DNA of 64,000 nucleotides from a virus (taxonomy: Duplodnaviria; Caudoviricetes), in IMG/VR virus record IMGVR_UViG_3300014019_000001, positions 32,001 through 96,000 of that record; one strand, written 5' to 3'. The position numbers and the translations under genes were made by a program. Below, piece by piece: positions 1 through 9,325 of the stretch. The first letter of the stretch is position 1, and every line of letters begins with the position of its first letter. The notes below the pieces were generated by a model. The model was given only the letters and a program-made list of their open reading frames with translations, was not told the origin of the DNA and made no database searches.

Positions 1-257
1 GCTTGATTTACAGCCGCCTGCTGCACCGCTGCCTGCACCTCATGAGCGCGCGAGCCGCGACGAATGCCGTTGTTCTTGAAGCGCTGCGAGAGATTCTGCC
101 GGGAGACGCCGAATTCGTCGGCAAGTTCAACGACGCCTTTGATACCCAGCTCGTAGGATTCCACGATCTGTGCCCATTCAGCATCGGTGAGCCGGCGACT
201 CTTTTTGTCCTCGCCGGCGGAGTTCTCATCCGAACCGGAGAGTGTTTCCTCTGACAT
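1..257 (-). CDS. N-terminal part of an HTH protein, probable terminase small subunit (runs off window)
   Basis: Not in the ORF track; read manually as MSEETLSG...LTDAEWAQIVESYELGIKGVVELADEFGVSRQNLSQRFKNNGI. HTH pattern, GGAAGGGA RBS, follows the ParB/ABC/GNAT operon. The terminase call is from context. Confidence 0.55.
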   Translation of the reverse strand, partial: MSEETLSGSDENSAGEDKKSRRLTDAEWAQIVESYELGIKGVVELADEFGVSRQNLSQRFKNNGIRRGSRAHEVQAAVQQAAVNQ

Positions 258-295
258 ATTCCCTTCCAGCATAACTAAGCAGTGACTTACATTCT

Positions 296-403
296 AGCCG
301 GAGGAGTTTTCCCTGTCCATCTTCATACTAAGTTATTAATTACTTACTTTAGAGTAGATAATAACTAAGTATGAAAGAGGCGAGGGAAACATCTCCGGCT
401 CGT
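296..403. repeat. Imperfect ~105-bp inverted repeat with AT-rich core (copy 1)
   Basis: AGCCGGAG..TTCCCT..TTCATACTAAGTTATT / AATAACTAAGTATGAA..AGGGAA..CTCCGGCT; related copy at 13387-13511. Confidence 0.7.
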
Positions 404-664
404 CTAACGTCCTCCGGATCGGAACCAGTCGTAGGCCGAAGGAGTGGGACGAATGATCTTGAACATTCCGGCGCGCTCCAGCTCGATGATGCCGCGCTTT
501 ACCAGGAAACGGAGACTGGTCCGGAGAGACCCGTAGGCGCAGGTGTATGGCAGCGCCTGGTGCAGCTCCGTCACGGTGTAAAAGGTTCCGTTGTCGGCTG
601 CCTCCAGGACAAGGTGCATGATCTGGCGCTGCTTGTCGGTGCGCTTTGGCTTAGATCGGCGCAT
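404..664 (-). CDS. Small winged-helix DNA-binding protein
   Basis: TVTELHQAL...SLRTSLRFLVKRGIIE pattern; overlaps the GNAT stop codon. Confidence 0.65.
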   Translation of the reverse strand: MRRSKPKRTDKQRQIMHLVLEAADNGTFYTVTELHQALPYTCAYGSLRTSLRFLVKRGIIELERAGMFKIIRPTPSAYDWFRSGGR

Positions 665-1532
665 GGAGCTTCAGCCTCTCGTTCGGCCCTTGGAGATCGA
701 ATTGCGTGATCGGTAGACGCTCCGGAACGCTGCCCTTCGGGTCCGGGCATTGCCAGACGCCATACATGGGCGAAGCCAGGCTCATCTGCTGAATGCCCTT
801 GATCACTTCGACGGTCGACATGGCGGCCACGCGCGCCGCTCCGCGCTCCCGGTTGGCGCCGGTGTTCTCCAGCGCGGAGTTGCGCAGATAGAAGTCCTTG
901 CACGCCTGGATCAGCTTCTCGCGCGCCGCCGGGCTCTTAGCCTCGATCTCGGCGACAATCGCCAGGTAGTCCTGCGGCGAGGCTTCGAAATGAGAACGGA
1001 AGAACTTCATGCCAGCGTCGAATTTGTTGGCGTTCATCGGCTCCACAAAGCGGAAGCCGGCCTTCTGGCCGAAGAGGTTGAACTTCGACATGGACGACTG
1101 GATCTCCATGAAGGTGTTACCCTCCATTCGCGAGACCAGGTTCATCATCCGGTAGCCGACGCCGATCCCGCGATACATAGTGTCCACCACGAAGCGCGAG
1201 ATCACTCGGAAGTTCTGGTTGATGTAGAGATAGCGGTTGGTGTTCGTGAGCCTGGTTTCGCCAGAACCGGGCGCCAGCTTAGGAAACACCAGATGGCGCT
1301 CCCGGAGCATGCCCTTGGGCGAACCGGTCACGATCACTCCGATGGTCTCCTCGCGCAGTCGCAGGCGCCAGAAACGGGGGCCGAAAGGCAGCGCCTCTGC
1401 CTTGTAATGGAGATCGTGAAGAAGATCCCAATCGGTCTTGTCCCCACGCTCGACCATCATTTCGCGGGCAAGCGCGAAATTCGCTCGTGGGTTCGGGTTG
1501 CGCTCGATCAGCGTGTCGGTGTCAAGCATCAC
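651..1532 (-). CDS. GNAT-fold acetyltransferase (Mom/TmcA-like), putative DNA base-modifying enzyme
   Basis: Acetyl-CoA motif A ISRFVVDTMYRGIGVG and N-terminal LHY; same operon as the ABC ATPase and ParB-N genes. Confidence 0.7.
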   Translation of the reverse strand: MMLDTDTLIERNPNPRANFALAREMMVERGDKTDWDLLHDLHYKAEALPFGPRFWRLRLREETIGVIVTGSPKGMLRERHLVFPKLAPGSGETRLTNTNRYLYINQNFRVISRFVVDTMYRGIGVGYRMMNLVSRMEGNTFMEIQSSMSKFNLFGQKAGFRFVEPMNANKFDAGMKFFRSHFEASPQDYLAIVAEIEAKSPAAREKLIQACKDFYLRNSALENTGANRERGAARVAAMSTVEVIKGIQQMSLASPMYGVWQCPDPKGSVPERLPITQFDLQGPNERLKLHAPI

Positions 1533-1746
1533 GTCGAAACCAGCCCTTGCGCTTCCCTGTGCGAATGAGCGTGCGCCAGAAGTCGCTGAGTGATGCGCCC
1601 AGCCAGATCAGCAGCACAGCATAGAGACTATTGGCGATCAGCTCGCTCATCCGTCGTCCTCCTCGCCGCGACGCAGCCGCACTTCGAGGAAGGCCAGAAA
1701 CAGGATGATCACGAGCAGAATGGCGAGGAGCTCGACCCAGCTTCCT

Positions 1747-1959
1747 TCACTTCCGGCCATTAACTTCCCTCCACCACTTCAGGGTTTTGTCACAGTGATT
1801 GAGATCCACGGTGTCGAGGATCTGGCAGAGCACGCAGCCCCACCTCTTCCGATCGTCGCGTGCGCGAGCGGCTCGATAGGACAGCGTTTCGGTGGGCGCG
1901 CCGCCGAGCAGCGCATTCACCAGGATTGAAACCGCTACGGCGATCGAGCGGACGGACAT
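1747..1959 (-). CDS. Small phage protein (TLSYRA...CxxL...HC motif)
   Basis: ORF track 1747..1995; start trimmed to MSVRS. Confidence 0.55.
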   Translation of the reverse strand: MSVRSIAVAVSILVNALLGGAPTETLSYRAARARDDRKRWGCVLCQILDTVDLNHCDKTLKWWREVNGRK

Positions 1960-2037
1960 GCGCCCTACCCCGCCAGGACCGGCGCGACGGCGCATCCACT
2001 CAGAAAGAGCGAAATAGCGAAAACGGCAAAGCGCGAT

Positions 2038-2364
2038 TTAGCCATTTCCGACCCGTCGACCGGTGTTGTATTCGACCTGAACGGCGCGATCGTCCCAGAA
2101 CTCGATGAGACCGAGATCCTTGACGCAGGTGATCGGAAGGGTCCGGCCAAACTGCATCATGCAGAACACGTTGATCGCCGGCGCGTAGTTCTCGTTGGTC
2201 GAGGCGCGCGCCGTGAAGATGCGCACGTCCTTGCCTTCGTCGAGCCACTGGCGCACTCGGCCGACCATCGCGGGAATGGGAGCGCCGACGTGATCGATGC
2301 CGCGCCAGTGGTCGTATTCCGCCAGCGTGCCGTCGAGATCGACGCCGATCCAGCCCTTAGCCAT
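2038..2364 (-). CDS. HAD-superfamily phosphatase (PNK 3'-phosphatase-like)
   Basis: IGVDLDGTLA motif I, FTAR motif II, K...FWDDR motifs III/IV. Confidence 0.8.
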   Translation of the reverse strand: MAKGWIGVDLDGTLAEYDHWRGIDHVGAPIPAMVGRVRQWLDEGKDVRIFTARASTNENYAPAINVFCMMQFGRTLPITCVKDLGLIEFWDDRAVQVEYNTGRRVGNG

Positions 2365-2653
2365 CGACGATCTCCCAATCCTCTGCGAGGATATCGGTCT
2401 GCGAGGCGAGCCAGCCGGTCACGGTCGAGCCGTCAGCAGCACGCAGATTGAGGTTGGGCATACGAACCGACGTGCCGCGATCGCCTTCCTCGAAGAGGGA
2501 GTTGCGCACGCCGCCGGTGAGCAGCGCATTCGTGGTGAGCGGCGGCCGGGAACCCTTGTTGAGGAAGACGAACATCCCCTTTCCGTTCCAGCCGTCACGG
2601 GCGACACGCCCGCCGCCCGACTTCAGGTGTTCGATTGCAGCTCCGAAATTCAT
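2357..2653 (-). CDS. DUF2829 protein, Tad2-like anti-defence sponge
   Basis: MNFGAAIEHLKSG..VARDGWNGKGMF ... WLASQTDILAEDW, the signature of DUF2829. Confidence 0.8.
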   Translation of the reverse strand: MNFGAAIEHLKSGGGRVARDGWNGKGMFVFLNKGSRPPLTTNALLTGGVRNSLFEEGDRGTSVRMPNLNLRAADGSTVTGWLASQTDILAEDWEIVDG

Positions 2654-3294
2654 GTCATTTCCTTCCGTTCGACTTCGACACGCTCGCGAAAACGCTTGGT
2701 GATCGTCAGATCAGGGCCAAGCTCCTCGCCGAGGTCCGTGTGGGTGGTTGCGACCATGAAGGTCTTGCCGAGACGTCGGGCGACCTTCTGGATGTTGAAC
2801 GCCACGATCTTTGCCGTGACGCGATCAAGGACGGCGCCGAACTCGTCTGCGATCCAGACGTCGGCGTCCTGCTCCATGATTTTTGCGAGCTTCAGTCGGT
2901 AGCGCTGGCCGTCCGACAACTCCGATGGTTTGCGAATGTAGATCCAGGCGTCGGAGATGCCGGCTTTCGCGAGCAGATCGGTCGCTTCGACAGTGGTCTT
3001 GCCCACAAGGTCGATGACCGGGCGCTCTTCGAGCTGGATTTCACCGAGATCGGCGATCCTGAGCCCCTGCCCTGCCATCTGGGTCTTCAGATCGCGCAGC
3101 AGCAGCGACTTGCCGGAGCCCGACTGGCCGGTGATGTAGACGACATCGCCTTGGTTCACATCGATCTTCAGGTTGTCGTAGATGACGAACTTCTTGTCCG
3201 ACAGCGCCAGGCCAAAGCTCTCACCGATTTCGAGCACGCGGGACGTGCGCTCCACATTGCTCTCGAATGCGCGGGAGATCGTGTAGGTCGTCAT
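2650..3294 (-). CDS. Stand-alone ABC-type ATPase
   Basis: Walker A GQSGSGKS, signature LSDGQRYR, Walker B IADEF, H-loop ATTH; no permease nearby; start trimmed to MTTY. Confidence 0.9.
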   Translation of the reverse strand: MTTYTISRAFESNVERTSRVLEIGESFGLALSDKKFVIYDNLKIDVNQGDVVYITGQSGSGKSLLLRDLKTQMAGQGLRIADLGEIQLEERPVIDLVGKTTVEATDLLAKAGISDAWIYIRKPSELSDGQRYRLKLAKIMEQDADVWIADEFGAVLDRVTAKIVAFNIQKVARRLGKTFMVATTHTDLGEELGPDLTITKRFRERVEVERKEMT

Positions 3295-3659
3295 TCCATG
3301 TCCACCAGGATTTCGTTCTGAACGATGTCGAGGAGTGCGGCCTTCACGGTTTCCAGGTAGCCGATGAGCTTGCACGCCGAGAGGTCGGCGTGATCGTCGT
3401 TCGGCAGCACGAGATCGGAGAAGAAGCACTTGTCCTGGGCGTTCCAGCCCACAATGAGCGCGCCAGAGTAGCGGCCGTCGTAGACCATCTCCGCGAAGTT
3501 CTCGACGAGCTCCACGGTGTCTGCATCCGGCTCGGGGGCCTTCAGTTCGTCCGGCAGCTCTTGCTCGACCTCTGCGAGCTCCTCGTTCGGCACCTCGCGG
3601 CGCGTCTTGATCGAGATGATCTTTGCCTTGGGAATTTCGTCCTGCGGGATGTCGCTCAT
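3291..3659 (-). CDS. Hypothetical protein
   Basis: Acidic 122-aa ORF, translationally coupled to the ATPase. Confidence 0.65.
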   Translation of the reverse strand: MSDIPQDEIPKAKIISIKTRREVPNEELAEVEQELPDELKAPEPDADTVELVENFAEMVYDGRYSGALIVGWNAQDKCFFSDLVLPNDDHADLSACKLIGYLETVKAALLDIVQNEILVDME

Positions 3660-3673
3660 ACGTAAGTCATTAC

Positions 3674-4327
3674 TTATGAATTGAGTTCGATGAAAGCGAC
3701 CAGGGCATCAGCGCCCTTGAGGGCGGTTTCGTCCTCAACGCGGCTCATGAAGCTTCGGATTGCTCGGGACTGGGCGATGGTCACACGCTTGAAGCCAAAT
3801 GCATCGGCGATCGGCGCGGCCGTATCGTCCACCTCGTCGGCCTTCTTCGCATTGGCCTGCTGCTGGGCTTCGACGGCGCCGGAGATGTCCTCGACGAAGA
3901 AGTCCGTAGAGATTTCGCCAAGGTCGGAGGTCGAGAATTCCAGCTCTTTTTCGTCGAAGCCGAGGGTGAGCAGATCGATGTCAGTCTCGGCGAGCCGGCG
4001 CAGTTCGTCCTGGATCAACGACATGTCGTAGGACGCGCCTGTCACCCGGTTGTCGGCGAGGCGCAGCGCGTCGGCTTGCTCCTTGGTCAGATCCGAGCGG
4101 ACGATGACCGGCACCTTCTTCCGGCCGAGCTTGATGGCTGCCAGACGCCGGCCATGGCCGGCGATGATCTCGCCGTTGGTCCAGACCACGATCGGTTGCG
4201 TCCAGCCGTAGGTGAGGATCGCCTTCGCGAGCTTTTCGATCTCGTGCTCGGGATGGTTCTTGGCGTTGAGCGCGTAAGGGATCAGCTTATCGACGTCCCA
4301 AAGCTCGATCTTCGGCTGATCACTCAT
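3674..4327 (-). CDS. ParB/Srx N-terminal domain protein
   Basis: LIPYALNAKNH, GWTQPIVV, IIAGHGRRLAA, LADNR; start trimmed to MSDQP. Confidence 0.9.
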   Translation of the reverse strand: MSDQPKIELWDVDKLIPYALNAKNHPEHEIEKLAKAILTYGWTQPIVVWTNGEIIAGHGRRLAAIKLGRKKVPVIVRSDLTKEQADALRLADNRVTGASYDMSLIQDELRRLAETDIDLLTLGFDEKELEFSTSDLGEISTDFFVEDISGAVEAQQQANAKKADEVDDTAAPIADAFGFKRVTIAQSRAIRSFMSRVEDETALKGADALVAFIELNS

Positions 4328-4493
4328 CGTAGTCTTTCCTGTAGATGTCCCAGAGCTCCTCGTTAGAGGGCTGCCGGGTGTTGATTTTCGGTTCGAAGAA
4401 CTCCCCTGCCCCACAGGCCCGGCACTCCGGGCGAACGATCCTGGGGTTGAAGTAACGGCATCCGGTGCAGTCGGAGAACTTCGGCTCTTTCAC
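4320..4493 (-). CDS. Small CxxC...CxxC zinc-binding protein
   Basis: Manual reading from a GTG start: ..FSDCTGCRYF..PECRACGAGEF..; fills the gap between the two ParB-N genes with overlapping stop/start. Confidence 0.5.
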   Translation of the reverse strand: MKEPKFSDCTGCRYFNPRIVRPECRACGAGEFFEPKINTRQPSNEELWDIYRKDYDE

Positions 4494-5218
4494 GCGGCGA
4501 TCTCCGCCAGCGCTGCATCGAGGTCTGCTTCGTCGACGGCATTCTGGGTGCTGCGGGACTCGAACTGACCGACAAGGAGATGAACCAGAGCATCGCCGGC
4601 GTTCGTCAGGTCGTCCTGCGTGGTGAAGCCCTGTGCCTTCATCGTTTTGGCGATGAGCGCTGTGAGGCGCTCGGCGTCGCCCAAGGAAACCTTGAAGCGC
4701 ATCTGGGTGTGGGTCTTGGGCGCCTTCGCTGCCGGCGGCTCCGGGTCAGGCTGATCGCCCGGCGACTCGAAATTCCCGTCAATGTCCAGATCATCGAGCG
4801 CTATATCAGTGCTTGAGAAGATCGTTGTCAGGTCTTCGTCGGCAAAGGGCAGGAAACTCTGAAGCTCGCCAACATCACCGAGGGTCTTGAGAAGTTCGGC
4901 GAAAGACAGTGTGTCGTCGGCGCCGTAGCGAGCATTGTCGAGAACAGAGATTTCCTTGGCTCGTTTGTCGTCAATCTGCCCGAGGTTGACGACAGGAATC
5001 TCCGAAAGCCCGATCTTCTTCGCGATGTGCCAGCGGTGCTCGCCGCCGATGATCTCGTATGTGCCGTTTACTTCACGCACGACCACCGGCTTGAAAAGGC
5101 CATTTCGTTTGATCGATTCCTCAAGCTTCGCCTCGTTGTCGGGGGAGACGATGTTGGTGTTCCAGGAATTCGGAACGAGCTTTTCGGGATCGAGATTGAG
5201 CAATTGCGGTTGCGACAA
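4490..5218 (-). CDS. ParB/Srx N-terminal domain protein
   Basis: LVPNSWNTN, LEESIKRNGLFKPVVVR, IIGGEHRW. Confidence 0.9.
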   Translation of the reverse strand: MSQPQLLNLDPEKLVPNSWNTNIVSPDNEAKLEESIKRNGLFKPVVVREVNGTYEIIGGEHRWHIAKKIGLSEIPVVNLGQIDDKRAKEISVLDNARYGADDTLSFAELLKTLGDVGELQSFLPFADEDLTTIFSSTDIALDDLDIDGNFESPGDQPDPEPPAAKAPKTHTQMRFKVSLGDAERLTALIAKTMKAQGFTTQDDLTNAGDALVHLLVGQFESRSTQNAVDEADLDAALAEIAA

Positions 5219-5294
5219 TGGTTCATCCTCTGATAAGTAATCTATTACTTACCACATAACCGAAAGCCTGCAAGAGGCAATGAGGAAAATTTGA

Positions 5295-6887
5295 ATGGCT
5301 GTTCTTCAGCTCGCCCACAACGCAGTCGCCGCCAAGCTGATCAATCCGCCGGCTGAGGTTGCCCAGGCAACGGCCGACCTGCTCTCCTACGTCGTGGATG
5401 GCGCCGATCACATCTGGTCGGTCAATTCAGGGCGCTGGGATGGCCGGTCGAGTTTCTACGACACGACCAAGCACGCCTTCCCAGCCGGTTTCGTCTATCT
5501 GGTTCACGCAGAACTCACCAAACGGGGCCACACCGTTCATCTCGTTCGTAAGCCGCACGCCCCTCCCCTCGGCCCCGAGAACCCCATCGTGGATGAGTTC
5601 GGGAATGACGATCCGCGTTACGACTACCAGATCCGGGCGCTGCGCCAGGTCGAGAAGCATGGGCGCGGGATCATCCAGGTGGCCACCGGCGGCGGCAAGT
5701 CGAAGATCGCCAAGCTCATCATGGCGCGATACCGCCGGATGACCCTCTTTCTGACGACGCGCGGCATTCTGCTCTACCAGATGGATGACCAGCTCAAGAA
5801 GCTCGGGCTCAACACCGGCCAGATCGGCGACGGCGAGTTCAAGGTCACGCGGGGTGTGAACCTTGGGATGGTCCAGACGCTGGTTCAGGCGCTTGAGGTT
5901 CCGGATCTGCACGCGGAACGCCGGGCGGTCGTGAAGTCGATCCATCTTTCGAAGTCGAAGGACGAGAATCTCTCCAACGAGGAAATTAGCAAAATCGCTA
6001 AAGAGCGATTTGACGAAAAGACGAAAAAGCGAAATCAGATCCTGAAGATTCTGGATATGATCGAGGTGGTCATCGGCGAGGAAGCTCACGAGGCCGGCGG
6101 CGAGAGCTATTACAAGATCCTGCAGCACTGCAAGAACGCCACGATCCGGGTCGCGCTAACCGCCACGCCGTTCATGCGCGACAGCGCCGAGGACAACATG
6201 CGCCTGATGGCTGCATTCGGTCCGAAGCTGATCATCATTACCGAGAAGATGCTGATCGAGCGGGGCATCCTGGCAAAGCCCTACTTCAAGTTCGTGGACT
6301 GCCGCCCTCACCCCAAGCTGCGCCGCACGAGCCCGTGGGAGCGCGCCTACAAGCTCGGCTACATCGACAACGACTTCATGCTTCAGGAGGCTCTCCGCGA
6401 CGCTCTGAACGCCAAGCGCGTCGGCCTGCCCGTGATGGCGCTGTGCGTGCGCAAGGAGCACGGTCAGAAGATCGAAGCCTTCTATACCGCCAACGGACTG
6501 AAGGCGAAGTTCATCTATGGTGAGTCCAAGATGGAGATCCGCCGGCGCTTCATCGAAATGCTGGCAACCGGCGACATCGACGTTCTGATCGGCACCACCA
6601 TCCTCGATGTCGGCGTGGACGTGCCGGCTGTCGGTCTGGTGCAGCGACTCGGAGGCTACAAGGCCGAGATCCAGCTTCGCCAGCAGATCGGCCGTGGGCT
6701 TCGCGCCAAGAAGAACATCCCGAACTATGCGTTCATTGCCGACTACTCCTGCAACATCAACACGACCTTGAACGAGCACGCGCGCCAGCGCCGGGCGATC
6801 GTGGAAAGCACACCTGGCTTTGCCGAAGGCATTCTGCCCGCCAATCAGGACTTCCCCTGGGCGATCTTCGAGAGGAAAGCGGCGTGA
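5295..6887 (+). CDS. Superfamily 2 DNA helicase (UvsW/ResIII-like)
   Basis: YQ motif, ATGGGKS, EEAH, LTATP, ILDVGVDVP, QQIGRGLR. Confidence 0.9.
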   Translation: MAVLQLAHNAVAAKLINPPAEVAQATADLLSYVVDGADHIWSVNSGRWDGRSSFYDTTKHAFPAGFVYLVHAELTKRGHTVHLVRKPHAPPLGPENPIVDEFGNDDPRYDYQIRALRQVEKHGRGIIQVATGGGKSKIAKLIMARYRRMTLFLTTRGILLYQMDDQLKKLGLNTGQIGDGEFKVTRGVNLGMVQTLVQALEVPDLHAERRAVVKSIHLSKSKDENLSNEEISKIAKERFDEKTKKRNQILKILDMIEVVIGEEAHEAGGESYYKILQHCKNATIRVALTATPFMRDSAEDNMRLMAAFGPKLIIITEKMLIERGILAKPYFKFVDCRPHPKLRRTSPWERAYKLGYIDNDFMLQEALRDALNAKRVGLPVMALCVRKEHGQKIEAFYTANGLKAKFIYGESKMEIRRRFIEMLATGDIDVLIGTTILDVGVDVPAVGLVQRLGGYKAEIQLRQQIGRGLRAKKNIPNYAFIADYSCNINTTLNEHARQRRAIVESTPGFAEGILPANQDFPWAIFERKAA

Positions 6888-7075
6888 GGAAATTGGTCGA
6901 TCCGGTGCACTTTTTCGACGCCCATGGGAAGTCCATGCTGACCCGGAAGCACGAGGAGCAGCGCATTGCAGAGCTTGAGGCCGAGATTGTCAGGCTCAAG
7001 CAGCTTCTCAAGCGAACCGTGGATGCGCTAAAGAGCGAAAGGGCGAAACCACGAAATAGCGAAATGAGGAACTAG
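6884..7075 (+). CDS. Hypothetical coiled-coil protein
   Basis: Overlaps the helicase stop codon. Confidence 0.5.
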   Translation: MRKLVDPVHFFDAHGKSMLTRKHEEQRIAELEAEIVRLKQLLKRTVDALKSERAKPRNSEMRN

Positions 7076-7156
7076 CTCAAGCGCGAAATCGCTGAATACC
7101 TGTTTCGTCCCGCTATAGATAAGTAATCAATTACTTCTCTATCAGCAGGGCCTTCA

Positions 7157-7723
7157 ATGTCTTCGCACCCCTACCCCCGCTTTATCGGCATCTGCGGAAA
7201 TCCGAAATCGGGCAAGTCGCTCGCCCAGGAAATTCTGTCCCAGGATCTGAACTATCTTCCGATCGACGACGGGCATGTGCTGCGCGAATTCGCCGTCAAC
7301 AAGCTCGGCCTCACCTGGGACGACGTTCAGACCCAGGAAGGCAAGCAGCGCGTCACCGAGATTCTCGGGAAAGAATGGCAGCACCGGATTCTGCTGGGCG
7401 AGCTGGGCAATCGTCTTGAGGAGATGTTCGGCGACCACATCATGCCGTTCATCGCCACGCGCAACCTCTACCCCAATGCGCGCTACTCCTTCGGCTCCGT
7501 TCGCAAGAACCAAGGGCATTTCTTCCGCGCCAATGGCGGCATCATCATCGAGATCGTCAATCCCCTCGCCCCGCCGAGCGGTAACGCTTTCGACCTCTAC
7601 GATACGTCGGCAATCACGCGCACCGTCATCAACGATGGTATGCAGCGCTTCCCGGACGCCCCGGAGCGCGCCAGGGCGCATTTCCGTGCCGAGTTGCTGT
7701 CTGCTGTCGAGGCGGCCGTGTGA
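7157..7723 (+). CDS. Deoxynucleoside monophosphate kinase-like P-loop protein
   Basis: IGICGNPKSGKS; R-x-x-L-G-E-L-G motif resembling T4 gp1-type dNMP kinases. Confidence 0.7.
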   Translation: MSSHPYPRFIGICGNPKSGKSLAQEILSQDLNYLPIDDGHVLREFAVNKLGLTWDDVQTQEGKQRVTEILGKEWQHRILLGELGNRLEEMFGDHIMPFIATRNLYPNARYSFGSVRKNQGHFFRANGGIIIEIVNPLAPPSGNAFDLYDTSAITRTVINDGMQRFPDAPERARAHFRAELLSAVEAAV

Positions 7724-8256
7724 TGGCGAGTGTTTTGGATCTCGATGCCGGCACTTTCACGATGAACAGCCAGGACGGGCCTTCGGTTCTGCGCGGTGGG
7801 TCGGTCCAGCTTTCGCAACTGGCACCTCGCGCTGCTGACCAGGACCCCGGCATGCAGGTGTGGTGCGAAGGCGAGCTTATCGGTTGGCTTGCCGTGGACC
7901 CGAATTACCTTCGTGGCGGCTTCTACGATCTCGTCATGATAGACGATCTTCCGTCGCTGACCGCCGGCTACGACGATCTGACGTCGCTGCCAGTCCCTTC
8001 ACCCCGTCAGATCAGTCTGCGCGTGGTTCGACGCACTGCCTCGATCTCTCTGTTCGAGGTCAACATGGCGAGGAACGAGGTCGAAGTGCAGGCGCTGTTC
8101 CGCAAGCGTCACAATGTTCCGTCGTCGGCCTCCATGGATCGGGACAACAACACCGACGCCTACGTCTTTCGGTGGCGCGTCTTCGATGTGACCGTCGCTC
8201 AGTCGGAAACCATCTTCGACCTGGACAACTTCACGCCCAATCCGGACCATCGCTAG
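7720..8256 (+). CDS. Hypothetical protein
   Basis: Coupled ORF, 178 aa. Confidence 0.6.
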   Translation: MMASVLDLDAGTFTMNSQDGPSVLRGGSVQLSQLAPRAADQDPGMQVWCEGELIGWLAVDPNYLRGGFYDLVMIDDLPSLTAGYDDLTSLPVPSPRQISLRVVRRTASISLFEVNMARNEVEVQALFRKRHNVPSSASMDRDNNTDAYVFRWRVFDVTVAQSETIFDLDNFTPNPDHR

Positions 8257-8274
8257 ACTTCGTTAACCAGAATC

Positions 8275-8325
8275 GGCTATCCGCTTTTAGCTAAATCTCG
8301 TTCTAGCGAAAGGCGGATATAGCCA
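8275..8325. promoter_or_regulatory. Octamer array upstream of parA (candidate parS/operator)
   Basis: GCTAAATC/GCGAAAGG-type 8-mers directly before the parA ATG; the same arrays are dispersed over 2-30 kb. Confidence 0.5.
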
Positions 8326-8973
8326 ATGAGCGAATTAGTGATCGCATGCCTGTCCCAGAAGGGCGGCGTCGGCAAAAGCACCCTCGCCCGTTTGATCGCC
8401 CGGACATACGCCTCGGCCGGCTGGAGCGTGAAGATTGCCGACTTCAACACGAAGCAGCTCACCTCGGTCGACTGGGTTGGAACACGGATGAAGCTCGGCC
8501 TTGAGCCGGTCATCCACGCCGAGCCCTATGCCTCGGTCAAGAACTTCAAGCGCGAGAACTTCGACCTGATCGTCGCTGACGGTAAGCCGGACAGCGACGA
8601 CACCTCGCTTGCCATCGCGCGCATCGCCCAGCTCATCGTCATCCCGACCGGTCTCTCCACGGACGACCTCAAGCCGCAGATCCTGTTCGCGAACGAGCTG
8701 GTGCAGAAAGGCGTGCCTCGGGATCGCATCATGATCGTCCTGAACAAGGTGACGGAGAGCGAAGCCTCGGTGCAGGAGGTTCGCCAGATCCTGCGCTCGA
8801 CCGGCTATCAGATCGCCGAATACGACCTGACGGCGAAGACTGGCTATCAGAAGGCTCAGGACGCCGGCCGCTCAGTCGCCGAAACGACCTTCCCAACGCT
8901 GAACGAACGCGCCGACGGTCTCGCTTCCGAGATCGTGGTCAAAATGAATGAACTGTCGGAGAAAGCAGCATGA
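8326..8973 (+). CDS. parA: ParA partition ATPase (type Ib)
   Basis: SQKGGVGKST deviant Walker A; short, with no N-terminal HTH. Confidence 0.92.
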   Translation: MSELVIACLSQKGGVGKSTLARLIARTYASAGWSVKIADFNTKQLTSVDWVGTRMKLGLEPVIHAEPYASVKNFKRENFDLIVADGKPDSDDTSLAIARIAQLIVIPTGLSTDDLKPQILFANELVQKGVPRDRIMIVLNKVTESEASVQEVRQILRSTGYQIAEYDLTAKTGYQKAQDAGRSVAETTFPTLNERADGLASEIVVKMNELSEKAA

Positions 8974-9209
8974 CGAAGACACCGACGAAAGCTCCGGTCC
9001 CGAAGCCTGCAAGTCTGAAGATGGATTTCATGGCCCAGGCCACGCAGGCGGCCGCCAACAACATGTCCGACAAGCTGAAGGATATGAGCTTCAAGGTGCC
9101 GGAGGAGTTTCATCGCCGCTACAAGTCGGCGGCCGCAATGCATGGTATCCAGATGAAGGACATCCTTGAGCAGAGTTTCGAGCTCTGGCTCAAGCGCGCA
9201 GACCAATAG
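8970..9209 (+). CDS. Ribbon-helix-helix partition protein (ParG/omega-like)
   Basis: 79 aa, coupled to parA; MSFKVPEEFHRRYKSAAAMHGIQMKDIL RHH pattern. Confidence 0.75.
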   Translation: MTKTPTKAPVPKPASLKMDFMAQATQAAANNMSDKLKDMSFKVPEEFHRRYKSAAAMHGIQMKDILEQSFELWLKRADQ

Positions 9210-9325
9210 TCAGAACATACGGGGCGCCCCGGAAAGGGCGCTTTCCGTAAATGCCGAAAAAGCTAAATCCCGAAATGACGAGCGCCGAGAACGCCGCCAT
9301 GAACAGGAAATAGGTGGCCACGGCG

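Noticed and set aside
3-254. + strand 83-aa ORF at the window start
   Set aside because: The minus-strand HTH frame with an RBS and operon context is the better gene.
2650-3294. ABC transporter
   Set aside because: No permease or substrate-binding gene is nearby, and the context points to a nucleic-acid-related ATPase.
3674-5218. ParB-N genes as the partition partner of ParA
   Set aside because: They lack an evident HTH, lie in another operon on the opposite strand, and ParA already has a coupled RHH gene.
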